Source: an uncultured Oscillospiraceae bacterium (GTDB lineage: Bacteria > Bacillota > Clostridia > Oscillospirales > Ruminococcaceae). Taken from it: 64,000 nucleotides of DNA. Where the stretch lies: the NCBI GenBank assembly GCA_964649845.1, contig CAZYSS010000001.1:15009-79008 (forward strand). Reading direction: 5' to 3'. Shown here piece after piece: positions 38,097 through 46,820 of the stretch; positions within the stretch are counted from its first letter, which is position 1, and each line of letters opens with the position of its first letter. The notes under the pieces were generated by a model. That model worked only from the letters and a program-made list of their open reading frames with translations. It searched no databases and was not told where the DNA came from. Made by a program: the position numbers and the translations under genes.

Positions 38097-39817
38097 TCTG
38101 TTGTTCCTATTCTGCGGAATTTTGCATAGCGTTCGTCCAGCAGTGTTTTTTCTTTTTTCTTCATCAGCTGTACCAATTCACTGTAAATACAGCTGTCTAT
38201 AGCCTGTGCCACAGCAGGTATGTTTTCCTGTGCGCCGCCGGCAGGTTCGCGGATGATATGGTCTATGATGCCTTTCTCTTTCAGATGATATGCTGTCAGT
38301 TCCATAGCCTCTGCCGCTTCCTGCACACGGCTGCCATCTTTCCACAGTATGCTGGCAAAGCCTTCCGGTGAAAGTATGGAGTAAACCGCGTTTTCCAGCA
38401 TTACAATCCTGTCTGCCACCGACAGCGCCAGAGCACCGCCGCTGCCGCCCTCTGACAGCACCACGCAGATAACAGGTGTTTTCAGTCCGGAAAATATCTG
38501 CAGACACTGGGCGATAGCCTGTGCCTGGCCGCGTTCCTCTGCACCTTTGCCGGGATATGCCCCGGATGTATCCACAAAAGTGATTACCGGGCGGTGGAAT
38601 TTTTCCGCCTGCTGTGCAAGGCGTATTGCCTTGCGGTAGCCTTCCGGGTGCATCATACCAAAGTTTTTATCAATATTTTCCTGCAGGTTTTTGCCTTTTG
38701 TCTGTGCCAGTACTGTGACAGGCATACCGTGGAAATCTGCAATACCTGCCAGCAGAGCGCCGTCATCCCCGTAATATCTGTCCCCGTGGAGAGGGATAAA
38801 GTTTTCAAACAGCAGTGGCAGATAGTCCTGTGATTTTGGTCTGTCCGGCGCACGGGCGGTCTGCACGCGCTGCCAGGCGGTGATACCACGGCTGTTTTTC
38901 ATACGTGAGGTCTGGTAAAAATCCCTGCGACTTTTCCTGCTGTGCATACTGTGGCTGCCACTGTGCATCGCCAGCAGGCCGGCAATTGTGGTTTTTATAT
39001 CTTTTCGCTGTGCTATAATGTCCACAAAACCCTTTTGTTGCAGAAACTGTGAAGTCTGGAAATGCTCCGGCAGTTGCTGGTTGATGGTTTTTTCTATAAC
39101 TCGCTTGCCTGCAAAACCGATGGTGGCGTCAGGCTCTGCGATAATAATATCCCCCAGCATTGCAAAGCTGGCAGAAACTCCTCCTGTGGTGGGGTGGGTA
39201 AGCAGTGAAATGTACAGGCCGCCTTTTTCTGAAAAGCGTTTCAGGGCGGCGGTGGTTTTGCTCATCTGGAACAGCGATATGATACCCTCCTGCATACGGG
39301 CACCTCCGCTGGTGCAGGAGATTACAAGCGGCAGACCTTTTCTGGTTGCCAGTTCAATCAGTCGGGTGATTTTTTCACCCACCACACTGCCCATGCTGCC
39401 CATCATAAAATAGCTGTCCATAACCGCTATGGCGCATTTTGTGCCGCCTATTGTGGCCGTGCCGCAGACCACAGCCTCATTCAGACCTGTTTCAGCCTTG
39501 TATTTTTCCAGCTTTTCTGTATAGCCTTCAAAGCTGTCAGAATCTGTGGTGGTCATATTGCGGTCTGTTTCCCTGAAAGAGTTTTCGTCCGTCAGCTGGC
39601 AGATTCTCTCTCTGGCGCTGATTCTGTAATGATTGCCGCAGTGCAGGCAGACATACAGGTTTTCTTTCAGTTGTGTGTATGTGCATATCTGTCCGCAGGA
39701 GGGGCAGGCGTTTGTCTTTTTGTCCTGTTTAGGACTATTATTGTCTTTATTTGCTTTTTTTCGCCGTTGCTGAAAGCTGGTCAGCCGCTGCTGTCTGTTT
39801 TTAAACAAAATATTCAT
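38093..39817 (-). CDS. accD/accA: Acetyl-CoA carboxylase carboxyltransferase, fused beta (AccD) and alpha (AccA) subunits
   Basis: N-terminal Zn ribbon CPSCG...CLHCG and the AccD core, followed by the AccA core (HGDRYYGDD..., FVDTSGAYPG) in one 574-aa ORF. Confidence 0.85.
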   Translation of the reverse strand: MNILFKNRQQRLTSFQQRRKKANKDNNSPKQDKKTNACPSCGQICTYTQLKENLYVCLHCGNHYRISARERICQLTDENSFRETDRNMTTTDSDSFEGYTEKLEKYKAETGLNEAVVCGTATIGGTKCAIAVMDSYFMMGSMGSVVGEKITRLIELATRKGLPLVISCTSGGARMQEGIISLFQMSKTTAALKRFSEKGGLYISLLTHPTTGGVSASFAMLGDIIIAEPDATIGFAGKRVIEKTINQQLPEHFQTSQFLQQKGFVDIIAQRKDIKTTIAGLLAMHSGSHSMHSRKSRRDFYQTSRMKNSRGITAWQRVQTARAPDRPKSQDYLPLLFENFIPLHGDRYYGDDGALLAGIADFHGMPVTVLAQTKGKNLQENIDKNFGMMHPEGYRKAIRLAQQAEKFHRPVITFVDTSGAYPGKGAEERGQAQAIAQCLQIFSGLKTPVICVVLSEGGSGGALALSVADRIVMLENAVYSILSPEGFASILWKDGSRVQEAAEAMELTAYHLKEKGIIDHIIREPAGGAQENIPAVAQAIDSCIYSELVQLMKKKEKTLLDERYAKFRRIGTTE

Positions 39818-41168
39818 TGTCTTTCAGTTCCTGTATAAACCTCTGTGCAAAAGAGGTGTCATAGCTGCCCTCCACAAAGGTTTTGTTGTGCAGTGCCAGA
39901 TAATGAAATTCTATATTGGTCTCCACTCCGCCTATAATCAATTCTTCCAGTGCACCGCGCATTTTACGTATGCATTCCAGACGGGATGGCCGGAATGTGA
40001 TAAGTTTTAAAATCATTGAATCATAGTAGGGCGAAATGGTGTATTCGTTGTATACTGCGCTGTCTATGCGCACGCCTTTGCCCCCCGGCAGATGAAGAAA
40101 GCTGATTATTCCCGGTGCTGGGGCAAAATCCCTGCGGATATTTTCTGCATTGATGCGGCATTCCATAGCATAGCCGGACAGTTGTACATCCTGCTGTTTT
40201 ATGGTCAGCTTATGGCCTGCAGCAGCCTTTATCTGCTGCTTTACAATATCCACATTGCATACCATCTCTGTGACAGGGTGCTCCACCTGTATACGTGTGT
40301 TCATCTCCATAAAATAATGGTTGCCGTCCTTGTCCAGCAGGAATTCCACCGTGCCGGCAGAATCATAGCCCACATATCTGCAGGCTTTTACCGCATCTGC
40401 CACCAGTTTTTCACGGGTAGATGCATCCAGAACAAAGCAGGGGGCTTCCTCTATCATTTTCTGGTTTCGGCGTTGGAATGAACAGTCGCGTTCATAAAGG
40501 TGAATGACATTGCCGTGCTTGTCTGCAATAATCTGCACCTCTATATGTTTGGGGTTCTGTATATACTTTTCCATATATACTTCATCGTTGCCAAAGGCTG
40601 CCAGAGCCTCTGCCTTTGCGGCGAGAAAAGCCGCCTCAAACTCTGATTCTTCCTTTACGATGCGTATGCCTCTGCCGCCGCCCCCTGCGCTGGCCTTTAT
40701 CATAACAGGCCAGGTGATTTCTGCAGCCTTTTCAAGACCTGTTTTCACATCCTGCACAGGCTGTTTGCTGCCAGGCACCACAGGCACACCTGCAGCCATC
40801 ATAAGCTGGCGCGCTGTGGCTTTGTTGCCCATTTTTTCAATCACTTCAGGTGATGGACCGATAAAAATCAGACCTTTTTCCTGTACCATACGGGCAAAAG
40901 ACGGATTTTCGCTGAGGAAACCAAAGCCGGGGTGTATGGCATCACAGCCGGTATTGATAGCCGCCTGGATAAGATTGTTCATATTCAGATAGCTGTCTGC
41001 CGGGCGCGGACCTCCTATACACACAGAATCTGTGGCCAGCTGCAGATGCAGGGCATCCCTGTCTGCGGTGGAGTACACCGCCACAGTTTCTATCCCCATT
41101 TCCCTGCAGGTGCGGATAATGCGCACTGCGATTTCGCCGCGGTTTGCAATCAGGATTTTACGAATCAT
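39801..41168 (-). CDS. accC: Biotin carboxylase
   Basis: KILIANRGEIAVRIIR..., ATP-grasp motifs. Confidence 0.95.
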   Translation of the reverse strand: MIRKILIANRGEIAVRIIRTCREMGIETVAVYSTADRDALHLQLATDSVCIGGPRPADSYLNMNNLIQAAINTGCDAIHPGFGFLSENPSFARMVQEKGLIFIGPSPEVIEKMGNKATARQLMMAAGVPVVPGSKQPVQDVKTGLEKAAEITWPVMIKASAGGGGRGIRIVKEESEFEAAFLAAKAEALAAFGNDEVYMEKYIQNPKHIEVQIIADKHGNVIHLYERDCSFQRRNQKMIEEAPCFVLDASTREKLVADAVKACRYVGYDSAGTVEFLLDKDGNHYFMEMNTRIQVEHPVTEMVCNVDIVKQQIKAAAGHKLTIKQQDVQLSGYAMECRINAENIRRDFAPAPGIISFLHLPGGKGVRIDSAVYNEYTISPYYDSMILKLITFRPSRLECIRKMRGALEELIIGGVETNIEFHYLALHNKTFVEGSYDTSFAQRFIQELKDNEYFV

Positions 41169-41568
41169 TTTTGTCTCCTATAGCAATAAGGTCATCATCA
41201 TACTGGACCATATCACCGTTTTTCACCTTGATGTCTGTAATCCAGCCGGATTTCGGGGCTTTGATTTCGTTCATCACTTTCATTGCCTCGATGATACACA
41301 GCGTGTCTCCCCGGTTTACATAGCTGCCTTTCTGTACAAAAGGCGGTTTGTCCGCCGCCGGTGCTGCATAGAATGTACCCACCAGCGGTGATTTAACATA
41401 CTCTGCCTGTGGCCGCTGTGTTTCCGGCTGTGCCGCCACAGATGCTGTCTGTGAAGATGTATATTCTCTTTTCAGTTTCAGTTTAATATTTTCCGCTTCC
41501 AGTTCCATTGCGGACAGAGTGCTGTTTTCAAACACCGCCACAACGTCTTTCAAAAGCTGTATGTCCAT
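41158..41568 (-). CDS. accB: Biotin carboxyl carrier protein
   Basis: C-terminal biotinylation motif EAMKVMNEI. Confidence 0.9.
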   Translation of the reverse strand: MDIQLLKDVVAVFENSTLSAMELEAENIKLKLKREYTSSQTASVAAQPETQRPQAEYVKSPLVGTFYAAPAADKPPFVQKGSYVNRGDTLCIIEAMKVMNEIKAPKSGWITDIKVKNGDMVQYDDDLIAIGDKNDS

Positions 41569-41625
41569 AATTTTGCTCCTATAGGAAAATGAGCCAGCAA
41601 ATCTGGCTCATCTCCGGGAAAGTGT

Positions 41626-41850
41626 TTATTTTTTTGCGTTGATGAGGTCTATAATATCCTGAACAGTTACCAGTGCGGCAAGTTCTTCGTCTTCGATGCG
41701 GATGTCGAATTCTGTTTCCAGTTCCAGAGAAAGCTCTACTGCGGAAAGAGAGTCGATATCAAGATCTTCTTTCAGTCTTGCCTGTGGTGTGATTTTTTCT
41801 TCATCCACGATAATTGCGTCTACCAGTACCTTTTTTACCTGTTCTAACAT
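41626..41850 (-). CDS. acpP: Acyl carrier protein
   Basis: 74 aa with the phosphopantetheine site LDIDSL. Confidence 0.9.
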   Translation of the reverse strand: MLEQVKKVLVDAIIVDEEKITPQARLKEDLDIDSLSAVELSLELETEFDIRIEDEELAALVTVQDIIDLINAKK

Positions 41851-41868
41851 AGTATTTCTCCTTTAAAA

Positions 41869-41965
41869 TTACTTTGATATTCAAAGTATTAATCCAAAAT
41901 TTTAATTACTTCGATATTCGAAGTAATCTGAAGCCTATTATAATTATTTCGACTATCGAAGTAAA
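41869..41965 (-). promoter_or_regulatory. acpP-operon promoter with three FabT-type operator palindromes
   Basis: Plus-strand sites are TTACTTTGATATTCAAAGTA (41869-41888), TTACTTCGATATTCGAAGTAA (41906-41926) and TTATTTCGACTATCGAAGTAA (41944-41964). On the minus strand, TTTACT, 17-nt spacer, TATAAT overlaps the third site. Confidence 0.65.
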
Positions 41966-42040
41966 TACCTTTTTGCCATATTTAACATTTTTTTCACATT
42001 TTTCCACAATCTGTGAAATTAATTTATAAAAACAGGCAAC

Positions 42041-42074
42041 AAAAAAGGCATCTGCAGTAATTATTGCAGATGCC
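42041..42074 (-). terminator. Intrinsic terminator after the fabT-like gene
   Basis: GGCATCTGCA / TGCAGATGCC 10-bp stem followed by TTTTTT on the minus strand. Confidence 0.85.
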
Positions 42075-42082
42075 TTTGGCTT

Positions 42083-42544
42083 TTATTCCTTGATTTGTGT
42101 TTTGTCGTGATATTCTTCACGGAAATATTCCAGAATATTTTCCAATGTATCTATCAGCAGTTCGTTTTCATCCAGACCCAGGTCGTGAACAGCTTTGTTT
42201 ATCATATGCTCGTGAAATTCCTCGTGGATCTTCAGCACTTCCAGTGCTTTGTCTGTGATGGAAACACGTGTGATACGTTTGTCGTGCTCATCCTTATAGC
42301 GGACAGCATATCCCTTTTTCTCCAGATTTGCCACATTGCTGGTCAGGGTGCTCTGAGCCACCATACAGCGGCGTGCAACATAGGTCATACTGTTGTCGCT
42401 GGCTTTCTGGATGCTTTCCAGAGTGTGTACTTCGTGCATTGTCAGCTTTACACCCTGGTCTTTCAGGTTTTTTTCCTCTATATAGAGGATATAGTTGAAC
42501 AGGCCTACCAGCAGCTCGTTCAGGGTGTGTTTTGTTCTGTCCAT
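42083..42544 (-). CDS. MarR-family regulator, FabT-like by context
   Basis: Winged-helix MarR core. Sits directly upstream of the FASII operon. Start at the internal Met with a GGAGAA RBS. Confidence 0.75.
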   Translation of the reverse strand: MDRTKHTLNELLVGLFNYILYIEEKNLKDQGVKLTMHEVHTLESIQKASDNSMTYVARRCMVAQSTLTSNVANLEKKGYAVRYKDEHDKRITRVSITDKALEVLKIHEEFHEHMINKAVHDLGLDENELLIDTLENILEYFREEYHDKTQIKE

Positions 42545-42624
42545 TACTTTTCTCCGTTTCTCATTGCTGCTTTTTATTATATACAAAAAAAGTGCATTTT
42601 GTAAACAGTTTCACTATAAAACTT

Positions 42625-43038
42625 TTATATCAATATGCCGTCACAATGGTCAATTTCGTGCTGAATAATCTGTGCAGTAAAGCCTGTGAATGTTTTGATT
42701 TTTGGTTTCAGTTCTGTGGTCTGCCACTGTACCTTTATAGAACGATAGCGTGTTGCGGGACGCGGACCTCCCAGCAGAGACAGACAGCTTTCCTGTGTGG
42801 TGTACTGACCGGATTTTTTGATGATGACAGGGTTCAGCATAACCAGATATTCGCCATCATTGTCCACAGCGATAATGCGCTTTGTGTGGCCTATCATATT
42901 TGCCGCCATACCCACACAACTGTCCGAATGAGCAATCAGGGTTTCCAGCAGGTCTGTGGCAATCTGTATATCCTCCTGCGTGGCAGGGATGGCTTTCAGT
43001 GAAAGAAAGGCAGGGTCGTGGATTAATTCTTTTATCAT
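42625..43038 (-). CDS. Peptide deformylase-like protein (short, divergent motif 1)
   Basis: Motif 3 HEIDH is present. Motif 2 is ESCLS. Motif 1 reads GMAANMIG instead of GxGxAAxQ. Confidence 0.7.
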   Translation of the reverse strand: MIKELIHDPAFLSLKAIPATQEDIQIATDLLETLIAHSDSCVGMAANMIGHTKRIIAVDNDGEYLVMLNPVIIKKSGQYTTQESCLSLLGGPRPATRYRSIKVQWQTTELKPKIKTFTGFTAQIIQHEIDHCDGILI

Positions 43039-43229
43039 AGTATCACCTTCCGGTTAAAGTATAATTTAAGGATAGCATAAATATGATGAGGTGTAAATGG
43101 GGAGGGTTTTTGAGAACTATTTGAATAACTACATAATCTAACTTTTGTATTTATGACGACTTGTTGTAGCATTTACTCTATAAAAATATATACTTTAGTG
43201 TAATTATAACGTTTTTCAACGCTGCGCTG

Positions 43230-43520
43230 GCGTTACTTTTGGTGGCAAAAGTAACCAAAACCGCGGGGGTTGCGATTCCCCCGCGCCCCACAAACGCTGC
43301 ACAGTGTGTGGAATGCTACGCCTGCTACAAATCGGAAAAAATTATAAACCTCACTCACGATGTTCGTTCGCACTGTAATTTTTCCTCGATTTACGTAATT
43401 AACATTCAACCTGCTTACGCCCTTGAATGTTAATTACTTTCCGCAGACTGCGCGATTATTATTCGGGGAAATACTTTCCCCGAACCCCTTTCTGGAGGGG
43501 CGATTCACGAATTGCCCATC
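43230..43520. repeat. Cluster of intergenic palindromic hairpins (REP-like cluster A)
   Basis: Five hairpins: GTTACTTTTG/CAAAAGTAAC, CGCGGGGG/CCCCCGCG, the 15-bp stem GTAATTAACATTCAA/TTGAATGTTAATTAC, TTCGGGGAAA/TTTCCCCGAA, and GGGCGATTC/GAATTGCCC. Confidence 0.75.
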
Positions 43521-43530
43521 AGCTCTTCAC

Positions 43531-43559
43531 AAAGCAAAAGCGGTGACAGGCACCGCTTT
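43531..43559 (-). terminator. Intrinsic terminator of the nitroreductase gene
   Basis: AAGCGGTG / CACCGCTT stem with a T-rich tail on the minus strand. Confidence 0.7.
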
Positions 43560-43566
43560 CAGTTTA

Positions 43567-44100
43567 TTATTTTTTGAAAACTGCGATTTCATCCACAGAC
43601 AAGCGTGGACGTGCATCAGGGTCAATATCAGGATAACCGATTGACAGCACACATACAATTTCCTGTGTGTCAGGGATTTCAAAATATTCCCTGATAGCCT
43701 TTTCATCATATACGCCCATAATCAGACTGCCCAGACCCATATCCAGGGCTTTCAGGCAGATGTTCTGTACCCGCAGTCCGTTGTCAAAATGGAGAAAGCC
43801 GTCATCCAGATGGGTGCGAGCACTGCCGTCTTTGTTATATCCGGATGTACCTTTTACAACTGCTGTAACAATAAGTACAGGAGCGTTAATAACGTTTTTC
43901 TGATTGAATTCAGGCAGCATTGCAGCAACAGCGTCACGGGCATCGCCCATAGCCACATAATAACGGGATGGCTGGCTGTTGGTCCAGGATGGTGCCAGGG
44001 ATGCAGCTTTCAGGATTTCTCTCACCTGTTCTTCAGTCACTGACATATCCTTGTATTTGCGGATACTTCTTCTGTTTTCAATAGCTTTTGTCAGTTCCAT
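43567..44100 (-). CDS. Nitroreductase-family flavoprotein
   Basis: N-terminal RRSIRKY motif and typical length of 177 aa. Confidence 0.8.
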   Translation of the reverse strand: MELTKAIENRRSIRKYKDMSVTEEQVREILKAASLAPSWTNSQPSRYYVAMGDARDAVAAMLPEFNQKNVINAPVLIVTAVVKGTSGYNKDGSARTHLDDGFLHFDNGLRVQNICLKALDMGLGSLIMGVYDEKAIREYFEIPDTQEIVCVLSIGYPDIDPDARPRLSVDEIAVFKK

Positions 44101-44124
44101 AGTAATCTCCTTTATTCTGTAAAA

Positions 44125-46596
44125 TCATTTATTGTCAATATACTCTTTCTGAATCTGACTTGCAAATATAAGTCTGATTACATTTGCACAGCAACGGCGG
44201 ATATCTTCTTCGCTGCATCTGCCGGCCTGCAAGCCTTCCAGCATATCTTTTTTGTAATATTTACCGCCCGGCATAATCAGATCGTTACCAGCTTTCATAG
44301 CCAGGGCGTTGTCTGCCTTTCCGTCACCTGTGGACATCCAGTCGGTCATAACCACACCATCAAAACCCCATTCATTGCGCAGTACCTTTGTACACAGGTC
44401 ATAGCTGTTAGGTGCCCATGTGCCGTTGACTTTGTTGTATGCGGTCATTACAGATTTTGCACCGCCGTCTCGGACTGCTATTTCAAAGCCGCGCAGATAG
44501 ATTTCACGCAATGCCCTTTCGCTCATATTGCTGGAAACAAAATTGCGGTTGTTTTCCTGATTGTTGGCAGCAAAGTGTTTAATTGTTGCATAATAGCCAT
44601 CTTCATGCTGAATACCTTTTGTAATAGCTGCTGCCATTACACCTGAAAGGAACGGATCTTCAGAGAAGTATTCAAAGTTTCTGCCACACAGCGGATTGCG
44701 GTGGATGTTAAGTGCAGGTGCCAGCCAGTATACTGCACCGTATTCTTTCATTTCCCTGTAAACAGCACTGCCCACTTCTTCAAGTATTTCTGTGTTGAAG
44801 GTCTGTGCCAATGCTGTAGCCACAGGGAAAGCGGTTGTGTACTGATACAGCAGAGTGTTTTTATCAGGGTCTGCAACCATAAAGCGTTTGATAAATTTAG
44901 GCAGTGTATCAAAGGATGAGAATGGCATATCAACATTTTTGATTTCGCTTTTCTTTGTGATGGCCGCACGCTTTGAAATACGCAGACCTGCAGGGCCGTC
45001 ACACAGGGTTACATTTGCCAGTCCTTTATCCCAGAATTTTGATGTGGTATTGCCAACAGAGCCAGGCATATTGAAGCGTCTTTCACCGCCGAACATACCC
45101 ACACCGATAACAATATCCATCATATCCTCTACAGACAGCTTTTCCATAAATTCTGCCACGCGTTTATCATCGCATACTGCAGGTGTTTCATATGTATAAG
45201 CCACCGTTTTTACTGCTGATGCAGACAGTGCAAGTTTTGGCAGATTTTCATCCGCAGGCCGTGGTTTTACTGCAGGCTCTGTCAGTTTTTCAAATTCTTT
45301 GTGAACAGGGCAGATGTTTTCGTGTTTTGAAACAACAGCTGTTTCATCCAGCACTATAACTGCAACAGGCTGTGTGTTTCGGGATGATGTGCCCACGCGG
45401 ACAATATATTCACCTTTTTCAAGTATGTAGCTGGCTGTTTCTTCATCATAGCTGGCAAATTTTGCAATATCAAAAGTAACCTGTACTTTATCTGCAGCAT
45501 GTGGGGCAAGCAAAGCTGTTTTTGCAAAGCCTGCCAGTGACTGATATTCCTTATACAGCTTACCCTGTGGGCTGGACAGATAAACCTGTACAACCTCCTT
45601 GCCACTGAATTTATCCCCTGTATTTTCTACAGTTGCTTTTACTGTAACTGCAGTGCCGTCTATTGAAACACTTTCCGGCTTGACAGCAAAATCAGTGTAG
45701 CTTTTGCCGTAGCCGAAAGGATATGCAGGTTCCACGCCAAAGCTGTCAAAATAGCGGTAGCCCACAAAAATATCTTCGTGATAATATTCGTCGTTCAGGT
45801 CGCCGTTAAGATAGCTGAACTGGTCGTAATATGGAATATCGGCATACTGTTTTGCCCATGTGTCAGTCAGCTTGCCGCTTGGGGTTACTTTACCCAGCAG
45901 AGTGTCTGCCACTGCGTTGCCGCCTGCTGTACCCAGCTGTGCCATAAACAGAACGGCGTTGATGCCGCCGATTTCCTGCAGGAACTTCATATCCAGCTGG
46001 CTGCCTGCATTGATAAGAAGAATAAATTTATCATATTTTTCAGCACACAATGTAATATCTGCTCTTTCTCTGTCAGTGATAAACAGGTCGCCTTTTTCTG
46101 CCACGCGGTCCAGACCTTCACCGGCCTGGCGGGACAGCACATATATACAGGTGTCTGTAGCTGATTCAGTAATATCATCTTCTGTAATGGCTCTTGCATC
46201 ACAGCCTGGAAAATCTGTAAGAAACGCCCCCAGCAGGTTGCGGTCTTTAATCAGCTTTTTGATTCTGTTCGAATTGAATTCTTCTTTTTTGGCAGCATAA
46301 AGCCGGTCATATTCTGCAATCCAGCCTTTTGTGGTGATTGTAAAGCCTGCGTTTTCCATTCCTTCCAGCACTGATACGCTGTGGCGTTCATTTACTTCAC
46401 CACTGCCTGTACCGCCTTTGATGGTGCGGTTGGCACCATTGCCGAAAAGTGCGATTGTTCTGTTTGTCAGCGGCAGTGCGCCGTCATTTTCCAGCAGTAC
46501 TATTGCTTCACAGGCGGCACGATATGCCACCTGAAGATTATCCAGTTCGCGCTGGGTAGGGTTACTATCAAAACTTGCTTTGGTGTATTCTTTCAT
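44125..46596 (-). CDS. GH3 beta-glucosidase with permuted domain order
   Basis: GH3 C-terminal-type domain comes first (LLENDGALPL...), then an Fn3-like domain. The catalytic GH3 N-type domain comes last (KHFAANNQE..., VMTDW nucleophile). Confidence 0.9.
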   Translation of the reverse strand: MKEYTKASFDSNPTQRELDNLQVAYRAACEAIVLLENDGALPLTNRTIALFGNGANRTIKGGTGSGEVNERHSVSVLEGMENAGFTITTKGWIAEYDRLYAAKKEEFNSNRIKKLIKDRNLLGAFLTDFPGCDARAITEDDITESATDTCIYVLSRQAGEGLDRVAEKGDLFITDRERADITLCAEKYDKFILLINAGSQLDMKFLQEIGGINAVLFMAQLGTAGGNAVADTLLGKVTPSGKLTDTWAKQYADIPYYDQFSYLNGDLNDEYYHEDIFVGYRYFDSFGVEPAYPFGYGKSYTDFAVKPESVSIDGTAVTVKATVENTGDKFSGKEVVQVYLSSPQGKLYKEYQSLAGFAKTALLAPHAADKVQVTFDIAKFASYDEETASYILEKGEYIVRVGTSSRNTQPVAVIVLDETAVVSKHENICPVHKEFEKLTEPAVKPRPADENLPKLALSASAVKTVAYTYETPAVCDDKRVAEFMEKLSVEDMMDIVIGVGMFGGERRFNMPGSVGNTTSKFWDKGLANVTLCDGPAGLRISKRAAITKKSEIKNVDMPFSSFDTLPKFIKRFMVADPDKNTLLYQYTTAFPVATALAQTFNTEILEEVGSAVYREMKEYGAVYWLAPALNIHRNPLCGRNFEYFSEDPFLSGVMAAAITKGIQHEDGYYATIKHFAANNQENNRNFVSSNMSERALREIYLRGFEIAVRDGGAKSVMTAYNKVNGTWAPNSYDLCTKVLRNEWGFDGVVMTDWMSTGDGKADNALAMKAGNDLIMPGGKYYKKDMLEGLQAGRCSEEDIRRCCANVIRLIFASQIQKEYIDNK

Positions 46597-46820
46597 ATTT
46601 TCCTCCGTTGCAACGCGTTTTCTTTTATAATATTATGGTATCAAATGGATATACTTTTAACAAGTACTTATTTTCTTATTGTCTATAGCAACTTATGCAG
46701 TGCAAACAATACCCTGATAAAATTGATGCTGTATGCTCTGTTTGCAATTCAAGCAGCTGCAATGCCTGATATTCAGATATACACAAAAAACACCCGTATC
46801 TGGTGCTTTTGCTATGTATA

